A DNA stretch of 53,274 bases from an uncultured Elusimicrobia bacterium (GTDB taxonomy: Bacteria; Elusimicrobiota; Elusimicrobia; F11). Both the position numbers and the translations under genes were made by a program. Positions 45,258 through 53,274 of the stretch are shown in pieces (positions within the stretch are counted from its first letter, which is position 1; each line of letters opens with the position of its first letter). Where the stretch lies: the NCBI GenBank assembly GCA_964463805.1, contig CAYXDS010000001.1, positions 1 to 53,274 of the forward strand, written 5' to 3'. Under the pieces are notes generated by a model. It did not search any database. It saw only the letters and a list, made by a program, of their open reading frames with translations, and was not told the DNA's origin.

Positions 45258-46316
45258 ATGAAATCGGAACCCTTCCAACGCCGCTTCCTACTCTTGCTCG
45301 TGACCAGTGTCTCGTTGTTTTTCTTGTGGATGATTCGCTCGTTCGTTATGACGCTGATTCTCGCCGCCGTGTTTTCAAGTTTGATGTACCCGCTGTACGT
45401 GTATCTCCGTCAACGTTTTGGCGGCCGTGAAAAACTTGCGTCGGCGATGTCGTTGCTGATTTTTTTCGTGATCATCGTTTTGCCGCTGTTCGGATTCATC
45501 GGGCTTGTCACAAACGAGGCGTTTAAAGTGGCGGATCAGGCCAAACCATGGGTGCAGGAAAAAATAGAAGACCGCGACGAGTTGCGCGAGCGTTTGCAGC
45601 AGTTGCCCGGTTTCCACTACGTCGCGCCTTACAGCCAACAGATCACGAGCCGCATCGGCGGCGCGGTCAGTGGCCTCGGCAACTTCATTTTCTCGCGCGC
45701 CTCGGCGATCACGGCTGGCACGCTGATGTTTTTCGTTTATTTCGCGGTCATGCTGTACGCGATGTTTTTCTTCCTCCGCGACGGGCCCGCCATCATCGAT
45801 AAAATTCTTTATTACATGCCGCTCGACGCGAAGGACGAAAGGAAACTCGTGAACGGATTTCGTTCGATGGCGCGCGCGACGATCAAAAGTCTGGTCGTGA
45901 TCGGCGTCACGCAAGGTGCGCTGGCCGGTGTCGCATTGTGGGTGGCCGGGGTTCCGAGCGCGTTGTTTTGGGGAACCATTATGGCCGTGCTGTCGATGAT
46001 TCCGAACGTCGGTTCCGCGCTGGTGTGGTTGCCCGCCTGCATTTTCCTTTTCTTAAAAGGAAAAACAGTTGCGGCGGTCCTCGTGTTTCTCTGGTGCGCG
46101 TTGATCGTCGGCAGCGCGGACAACGTGCTGCGGCCGATCTTGGTCGGGAAAGACACCGAAGTTCCTGAATTGTTGGTGCTGGTCAGCACACTCGGCGGCC
46201 TCGCGACGTTGGGACTCGTCGGTTTCATCCTCGGCCCCGTCACCGCGTTGTTGTTTCTCACGGTTTGGGACATCTACGGCCAAACGTTCCGCGACGTGCT
46301 GCCGAAGAACGACTAA
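45258..46316 (+). CDS. AI-2E family transporter (PerM/UPF0118), copy 2
   Basis: The same architecture and C-terminal pattern as copy 1 (SADNVLRPILVGKDTEVPELLVLVSTLGGLATLGLVGFILGPV). Confidence 0.75.
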   Translation: MKSEPFQRRFLLLLVTSVSLFFLWMIRSFVMTLILAAVFSSLMYPLYVYLRQRFGGREKLASAMSLLIFFVIIVLPLFGFIGLVTNEAFKVADQAKPWVQEKIEDRDELRERLQQLPGFHYVAPYSQQITSRIGGAVSGLGNFIFSRASAITAGTLMFFVYFAVMLYAMFFFLRDGPAIIDKILYYMPLDAKDERKLVNGFRSMARATIKSLVVIGVTQGALAGVALWVAGVPSALFWGTIMAVLSMIPNVGSALVWLPACIFLFLKGKTVAAVLVFLWCALIVGSADNVLRPILVGKDTEVPELLVLVSTLGGLATLGLVGFILGPVTALLFLTVWDIYGQTFRDVLPKND

Positions 46317-46448
46317 TGTCCCGTCGGCGAGTTTTACACCAAGAAATCAGCTTGATTCCTTCTTTTTCATTTTGCCGTAGGCAAATCCGTCTCTCTACCT
46401 CATACTTATCCTTAATGATTGTTTGAAGAGGGAGGGGAGCCTTTTCTC

Positions 46449-46835
46449 ATGCAAATTAGAGATAAGCGACGGTATCAGCGCGTCAAAACTGAGCTTCAAG
46501 CCTATGTTATTGATGTGAACGACAGCCAGGAAGCTATGCCGGCGAACATGTTAATAGAAGCCAAAACCGTCGATATTTCCAATCAAGGGCTGCAAATCCA
46601 GACTCCTTGCCGGCTTAAAGTAGGATCCTATGTGATGGTTCTCGTTTATCGGGACGGAAAAAAATCCATGTGTTTTTGCAAAGTTACCCGAGAAACCGAG
46701 AACGGACGCAATTTTTCCTATGGTCTTTTCTTCAAAGAATGGTGTTATATTCATCCCAGAATGAAGGAAAACCTCGTCGAATTGCCGAGTTGGGCGCAAT
46801 GGGCCGGCCTTTCCAACGGAAAAAAAGCCGCCTAA
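46449..46835 (+). CDS. PilZ-domain protein
   Basis: RRYQR (RxxxR) and DISNQG (DxSxxG) at the canonical spacing. G-rich SD. It lies in an AT-rich stretch. Confidence 0.6.
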   Translation: MQIRDKRRYQRVKTELQAYVIDVNDSQEAMPANMLIEAKTVDISNQGLQIQTPCRLKVGSYVMVLVYRDGKKSMCFCKVTRETENGRNFSYGLFFKEWCYIHPRMKENLVELPSWAQWAGLSNGKKAA

Positions 46836-46839
46836 CCCG

Positions 46840-48297
46840 TCAATCTTCACCCTGCGACTTCGTGTACCCCAGCGCTCCGTCGAATTCGGCGAGTTTTTCG
46901 AGATGCATCCAGCGGTACTGCGCTCCGATTTTTTGGACCAAGCCGAGCGCCTGTTGATCGGTGATCTCTTTGTCCGAGATAAATCGACACGCGTAATGGT
47001 CGACGCAGTCGGTGATCGCCCCCGTGGGCGTGTAAACCTTCGTGCCGCGGTTCGAGATGGCTTTTAATTTGAATCCGGTTCCATCCGCCATCTTCTCGAG
47101 AGATTTTCCGAGTGTTTCCGCATTCGCATTTGTTTCAAGGAACACGTCCAGGCCGACGTCTTTCCGCGTTTTCGGTTTCACGAAATCCGGCGCCGAGGAA
47201 ACCTGCGGCAACTTCAACGGTTTGTGGTCGCGCACGTGCACTTTCGACGGTTTTTGTCCGAGGTTCTTGATGATTTCGTCGGTGTAGGCGGTCGTGCTTG
47301 ATGCCTTTGCATCACCGACCACATCGCGCGTCATCACTTTGCCCTGCTCAAGCGTGTAGAGCACCGCGTTCTCGATCTTGGCGGCCGCCTCGAATTCCTG
47401 CAGGTGGCGCAGCAACATCACCGCTGTGAGAATTAACGCCGTCGGATTGATCACGTTCTTGCCCGCGTATTTCGGAGCCGAGCCGTGCACCGCTTCGAAG
47501 ATCGCCACGTCGTTCCCGAGGTTCGCCGACGGCGCGAAGCCGAGGCCGCCGATTTGGCCGGACGTTAAGTCGCTCAAAATGTCGCCGTTCATGTTCGTCA
47601 TGATGATCACTTCGAAATTCTCGGGTTTCAACGCGAGCTGGTGCGCGCAGTTGTCGACGATGATGTGTTTCGCTTCGATTTCCGGATATTCTTTCGCGAT
47701 TTCTTCGAACGTGCGCTTCAACGTGCCTTCGGTCATCTTCATGATGTTCGCTTTGGTCGCGCAATGCACTTTCTTGCGGCCTTGGCTTCGCGCCACTTCA
47801 AAACCGAGTCGCACGATCTTCTCGCAGCCTTTGCGCGAGATCAATTTCAAACATTCGGCAACGCCCGGCGTCTGCATATATTCGATGCCCGCATACAAAT
47901 CTTCGACGTTCTCGCGGACGATGATCAGATCGATGCCGTGGCCTGTGTACGGCGTTTTCACTCCGGCGATTTCGCGGACGGGCCGCAGGTTTCCGTAGGT
48001 TTCAAAGAGTTTCCGCAGCGTGACGTTCGCGCTTTTTTCGCCGAACCCGACCGGCGTTTCGAGCGGCCCTTTCAAAACCACGCGGGTTTCGCGAATCGAT
48101 TCAATTGTGTCCTGGGGGACGCCCGACGGAATGCCGCGTTTGAATACCGACGCGCCCGCGTCGTGCCGGTCCCATTCGATCTTCACACCGGCCGCCGCGA
48201 TGATCTTCACCGCGGACTCGACCACCTCGGGTCCGATGCCGTCGCCCGGAATCAGCGTCACGCGTTTTTTGCCGTCAGTCGTTGTCTTGAAACTCAT
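46840..48297 (-). CDS. icd: isocitrate dehydrogenase, long form (~485 aa) with a C-terminal extension
   Basis: LIPGDGIGPEV, RPV...G, IVRENVEDLYAG, NMNGDILSDL, GSAPKYAGKN. An extra ~150-aa C-terminal domain is present, as in the Rickettsia-type ICDH by my recollection. Confidence 0.85.
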   Translation of the reverse strand: MSFKTTTDGKKRVTLIPGDGIGPEVVESAVKIIAAAGVKIEWDRHDAGASVFKRGIPSGVPQDTIESIRETRVVLKGPLETPVGFGEKSANVTLRKLFETYGNLRPVREIAGVKTPYTGHGIDLIIVRENVEDLYAGIEYMQTPGVAECLKLISRKGCEKIVRLGFEVARSQGRKKVHCATKANIMKMTEGTLKRTFEEIAKEYPEIEAKHIIVDNCAHQLALKPENFEVIIMTNMNGDILSDLTSGQIGGLGFAPSANLGNDVAIFEAVHGSAPKYAGKNVINPTALILTAVMLLRHLQEFEAAAKIENAVLYTLEQGKVMTRDVVGDAKASSTTAYTDEIIKNLGQKPSKVHVRDHKPLKLPQVSSAPDFVKPKTRKDVGLDVFLETNANAETLGKSLEKMADGTGFKLKAISNRGTKVYTPTGAITDCVDHYACRFISDKEITDQQALGLVQKIGAQYRWMHLEKLAEFDGALGYTKSQGED

Positions 48298-48349
48298 TGG
48301 AGAGGCTCCTTCGAAGTAAATTGAGGGGTGATTGTAATACAATGGCGCC

Positions 48350-48393
48350 TCGTCGTCTCCCCCGCGAAGGCGGGGGCCCAGACACCTAAGGAG
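48350..48393. repeat. hairpin element, copy C (truncated), abutting the ettA SD
   Basis: 48350-48381 is identical over 32 nt to 12853-12884, including the hairpin CCCCCGC-GAAG-GCGGGGG. The following ACACCTAA equals the reverse complement of TTAGGTGT in the central part of copy A and runs into AAGGAG. Confidence 0.8.
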
Positions 48394-48398
48394 TTTTT

Positions 48399-50075
<1,677 letters not shown>

Positions 50076-50089
50076 GCGCGGCGCGGCCG

Positions 50090-50413
50090 TTATTGGGGCG
50101 GAGCGGATTTCGCGGTCAGTAGATAACGGCGGATTTGTTGCTGTTGCTCCGCGTTGATTTTCGCGCGCGGCGCCATTGTGCTGAGCAGAATGTCCCACTG
50201 CTCCATCGTGTGCTTTTCTGGCAACACCAAATTGTGGCAGCCCGAGCAACGATCCACGTACAACGCGCGCGCTTCTTCTAATTTGGTTCCCCCCATATCT
50301 GGCCATTGCTGGGCGGCCCATTCTTTTTGAGCCGGAGACACACGAGGCAGCCATGTCATACAGGCGGCCAAGGCAAACAGTCCGAGCGCGAAAAAGAAGG
50401 GCCGCTTCGTCAT
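50090..50413 (-). CDS. small monoheme c-type cytochrome-like lipoprotein
   Basis: Lipobox FALGLFALAAC and a single CSGCH (CxxCH) motif. A downstream Met (LLSTM) is a possible sixth ligand. 107 aa. Confidence 0.55.
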   Translation of the reverse strand: MTKRPFFFALGLFALAACMTWLPRVSPAQKEWAAQQWPDMGGTKLEEARALYVDRCSGCHNLVLPEKHTMEQWDILLSTMAPRAKINAEQQQQIRRYLLTAKSAPPQ

Positions 50414-51219
50414 TAGAGCCGGAATGAGAGCAGTAGGCGGAAGTTGTATTTTTCCTGTTCATCGAGAACGAGCGACGAGTCTTTATCGTTCTCCGAGCGT
50501 TGGATCGCCGGCAGCTGCGTGAGCGCTGTAAACGCGACCCACCATTGATCAGTCGTGTAAGAAACGACGGGGCCAAGGAACAAGGCAGAATGCGCCGGTT
50601 CATCTTGCGTACGGCTTTCCAATTCGAGTCCGCCCGCAAATTGCGGCTTAAAGAAATGAGTAAACGACAATGTGTTTTCCAAGACGGTCTTTTCGTATTC
50701 GATTTCGTCCGGTTCTCTTTCCCATTCGAACTCGCCGGTTAAATTATAAGCAAAAAGATTTTTTCCAATCCGTTTATCGAGAATAAGTTTGGTCTCCAAT
50801 TCGATCTCCTCGTTGCCGAGCGACACCTCGCCGTACAGCGCCGAACCGATGCGGTCCGCCACCGGATCGGACATCTTATATTTCCATTCGGAAGAAATAC
50901 CGTCGAACGAAGATTCTTTCGTTATCACGGAGGGAGTGACGCTCGTGTCCTCTTCGGCCGTGCTGTGCCAGTTCAAATAAAACGACGTCTGCAGCCGGTT
51001 CGTCAGACCCACTTCAAATTCGGCGCGGTTCTCGAACGCCGAATAAAAATCATGCCGGCCGGTTCGCAGCGTGGTCCACAATTCCACTTCGCGGGCGCCT
51101 GGCGCGAGCACCGCGCTTTCGTACGCGTAAGTAAAATGCCGTTCGTTCGCCGCCGCGTTGGAAATAACTCCGGCGGTCGCGACAACGGCCAAGATAACGA
51201 CTTTCTTCATGCTGCTCAT
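50413..51219 (-). CDS. outer-membrane beta-barrel protein (unassigned family)
   Basis: Signal peptide MSSMKKVVILAVVATAGVISNAAA. Alternating hydrophobic beta-strand pattern throughout, with an aromatic residue near the C-terminus (LLLSFRL). Its stop overlaps the next start (TAATG). Confidence 0.55.
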   Translation of the reverse strand: MSSMKKVVILAVVATAGVISNAAANERHFTYAYESAVLAPGAREVELWTTLRTGRHDFYSAFENRAEFEVGLTNRLQTSFYLNWHSTAEEDTSVTPSVITKESSFDGISSEWKYKMSDPVADRIGSALYGEVSLGNEEIELETKLILDKRIGKNLFAYNLTGEFEWEREPDEIEYEKTVLENTLSFTHFFKPQFAGGLELESRTQDEPAHSALFLGPVVSYTTDQWWVAFTALTQLPAIQRSENDKDSSLVLDEQEKYNFRLLLSFRL

Positions 51220-51244
51220 TGATTCCCCCTGTAATTTTTAGAAT

Positions 51245-51345
51245 TGAAATATATTTTCATCTGTGGATGCGATAACGCATCTTCTCGTATGTATGACCTT
51301 GGAAAGATAGTTTGATCGCGATTCCTAATTGAAACAATATTTCAA
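51245..51345. promoter_or_regulatory. divergent AT-rich control region with two copies of a TGAAA-N5-TTTCA inverted repeat
   Basis: TGAAA-TATAT-TTTCA at 51245-51259 and TTGAAA-CAATA-TTTCAA at 51329-51345. A small hairpin GATGCG-ATAA-CGCATC lies at 51266-51281. The region sits between the beta-barrel gene and pgeF. Confidence 0.4.
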
Positions 51346-51392
51346 TAACAAAAGAGGATGTTCGCTGTCAATCGGAAATCGTAACGTGGCTT

Positions 51393-52172
51393 ATGTTTTC
51401 GGTGAAGAAAAGGAATGTGCGGGTGGACGGAGGGTCCGTTGACGTCGTTTATTTCGTGTGCGATGAGCTCGAGCGCGCCGGTTTTCTGCATGCGTTCAGC
51501 ACGCGGCTCGGTGGTACGAGCCCGATGCCCGATCAGGCGCTGCACCTCTCGCCAAAAAACGATCCGGGCGGGCATTACGCCGAAAATTTGCGTCGTTTTC
51601 TCAATGCAATTGGCGCGGATGGGTGGTCGCTCGAAACCGCGAACCAAACGCATTCGGACGTGCGCGTGCACGTTGAACATGTTTCCCACCGCGATGGAGA
51701 TGCTTTGATCACAGAAAAATCAAAAGTGTTGGTCGGAATTAAAACCGCCGATTGTCTGCCCGTGTTGCTTGCCGACCCGAACACGGGCGCGGTTGCCGCC
51801 GTGCACGCGGGCTGGCGAGGAACGACGGCGCGCATTGCCGAAAAAGCCGTCGCCGATCTGTCGTCGCACCCCGAAAACCTCATCGCCGCTCTCGGCCCCA
51901 GCGCGTGTGGACATTGTTACGAAGTGGGGAGCGACGTCGCCGATGTTTTCGACTCAAAGTTTCTCACGCGCATTTCCAATAATAAATTCCAGCTCGATGT
52001 GGCCGCCGCGAACCGCGACCAATTGGAAAAGGCCGGCCTCAAACCGTCAAACATCCACACGGAGCCCGCGTGCACCATGCATCAAAACGAATTGTTTTTC
52101 TCGCACCGGCGCGAAGGAAAGTTGCCGTCGGCCGGCGGACGACTGTTGTCGGTGATCGGACGGATAAATTAA
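51393..52172 (+). CDS. pgeF: peptidoglycan editing factor / polyphenol oxidase-like YfiH family
   Basis: FSTRLGG, QTHSDVRV, DALIT, TADCLPVLL, AVHAGWRG, CGHCYEVG. Confidence 0.85.
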   Translation: MFSVKKRNVRVDGGSVDVVYFVCDELERAGFLHAFSTRLGGTSPMPDQALHLSPKNDPGGHYAENLRRFLNAIGADGWSLETANQTHSDVRVHVEHVSHRDGDALITEKSKVLVGIKTADCLPVLLADPNTGAVAAVHAGWRGTTARIAEKAVADLSSHPENLIAALGPSACGHCYEVGSDVADVFDSKFLTRISNNKFQLDVAAANRDQLEKAGLKPSNIHTEPACTMHQNELFFSHRREGKLPSAGGRLLSVIGRIN

Positions 52173-52660
52173 TGGCTCTTCATTATTTCATCGACGGCTA
52201 CAACCTTATCTTTAGCACCGACCGATTTGGGACTTCGAAAACCGGCAAGGACCGGCTGCAAACTCAACGCGAGAATTTGCTGCGTTTTCTCGAACTGGCG
52301 CGTCCCGCGTCCAGCGCCCACAACCAAATCACCGTGGTGTTCGACGGCCGAGAAGATGTGGATAGCCCGCCGTGGCGCGGCAAAGTACGCGTGATCTTCT
52401 CGAAAGGAACCGATGCCGACGCGGTCATCAAACAACGTGTGGACGACATGGCCAACGGACGCGACGCGGTGGTGGTGACCGATGACCGGGACATCCAGAA
52501 GTGGGTGCGCGCGTCGAAGGCCAAGGTGATGTCATGCGCGGATTTTCTTGCCCTCACCACAAAGTCACAGCGTGAGGCGCGCGCGCCGGCGAAAACCGAC
52601 CTTGATTCCTCCTCGATCACGTACATCAACGACGAGCTGAAAAGGTTGTGGAAGTTGTAA
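52172..52660 (+). CDS. YacP-like NYN-domain protein (Rae1-type putative ribonuclease)
   Basis: YFIDGYNLIF, ITVVFDG, VIFSKGTDADAVI, VVVTDDRDIQ. The ATG overlaps the pgeF stop (TAATG). Confidence 0.7.
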   Translation: MALHYFIDGYNLIFSTDRFGTSKTGKDRLQTQRENLLRFLELARPASSAHNQITVVFDGREDVDSPPWRGKVRVIFSKGTDADAVIKQRVDDMANGRDAVVVTDDRDIQKWVRASKAKVMSCADFLALTTKSQREARAPAKTDLDSSSITYINDELKRLWKL

Positions 52661-52671
52661 TCTCGCCCTTT

Positions 52672-53274
52672 ATGGTTTCTTCGATTCAAACTCAACCCAA
52701 ATTGGCTGTTTTTGGTGGGACGCCCGCGTTTGAGGCGCCGCATTACATCGTTCGTCCGCCGCTGCCGCCGCGTGACGTGTTCGACGGATACGTCGATCAG
52801 CTTTATCAGCGTCGGATTCTTACGAATCAAGGTCCGCTTGCGGTCGAGTTGGAGCGTTCGATCGAAGACCGGCTCGGCGTCAAACATGTTGTCCTCGTGA
52901 CGTCAGCCACGCTCGGCCTGCAAATGCTGGTTCGCGCGCTTGAGCTCACCGGTGAAGTGATTGTCCCTTCGTTCACCTTTATCGCGACCGCGCACAGTTT
53001 GCTGTGGGAAGGATTGACCCCGGTGTTCGCCGATATCGAGCCCGACACGCTGACGCTGGATCCGCAGAAACTCGACGAACTCGTCACCGATAAAACTTCC
53101 GCGATTCTCGGCGTGCATTTGTTCGGCAACCCTTGCGACATTGAACGGTTGACCGCGTTCGCGAACGAACGCAAACTCGAATTGATTTTCGATTCGGCTC
53201 AAGCATTCGGCAGCACCTACCACGGCGAGCCGGTCGGAGAGAGACATGACCTCGCTGAGGTCTGCCGATATGAG
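52672..53274 (+). CDS. DegT/DnrJ/EryC1/StrS-family PLP-dependent aminotransferase; 3' end lies outside the window
   Basis: This is my own translation and is not in the ORF track, because the frame is open to the window end. It reads MVSSIQTQPKLAVFGGTPAF...LTNQGPLAVELE...LGVKHVVLVTSATLGLQMLVRAL...VIVPSFTFIATAHSLLW.GL.PVFADI.... Confidence 0.8.
   Translation, partial: MVSSIQTQPKLAVFGGTPAFEAPHYIVRPPLPPRDVFDGYVDQLYQRRILTNQGPLAVELERSIEDRLGVKHVVLVTSATLGLQMLVRALELTGEVIVPSFTFIATAHSLLWEGLTPVFADIEPDTLTLDPQKLDELVTDKTSAILGVHLFGNPCDIERLTAFANERKLELIFDSAQAFGSTYHGEPVGERHDLAEVCRYE

Overview
This is a 53.3-kb, gene-dense, mostly GC-rich chromosomal segment with about 60 protein-coding genes. I recognised no rRNA, tRNA, CRISPR array, transposase or integrase. 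The host looks diderm: an LPS heptosyltransferase, an AsmA-family protein, a TolC-type outer-membrane factor and several lipobox lipoproteins are present. Most content is housekeeping or envelope-related: rho, typA, prfC, ettA, purE/purK, pdxH, icd, miaE, amtB-glnK, a cusCBA-type heavy-metal RND operon, photolyase, tpx, cdaA, pgeF, waaF-like, two AI-2E permeases, TerC, DedA, CDF and MFS. All family calls rest on motifs I recognise by eye. No database or HMM search was possible. I did not find a self-contained, clearly novel multigene system such as a defence island or mobile element. The most unusual items follow. (1) The Rho factor has its whole canonical N-terminal RNA-binding domain replaced by an ~88-aa N/Q/G/R/H-rich low-complexity region. 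(2) A family of small hairpin-rich palindromic elements sits partly inside or against the 5' ends of genes: in frame in the CusB signal peptide, over the start of the TPM gene, and abutting the ettA Shine-Dalgarno sequence. (3) There are two domain fusions: CdaA with a YbbR domain, and a VanX-type dipeptidase with an L,D-transpeptidase-like domain. (4) Several small uncharacterised modules occur: GIY-YIG with a PC4-like protein, TPM-NTase-LemA, a beta-barrel protein with a monoheme cytochrome c lipoprotein, and a Cys-rich lipoprotein ahead of cusCBA.
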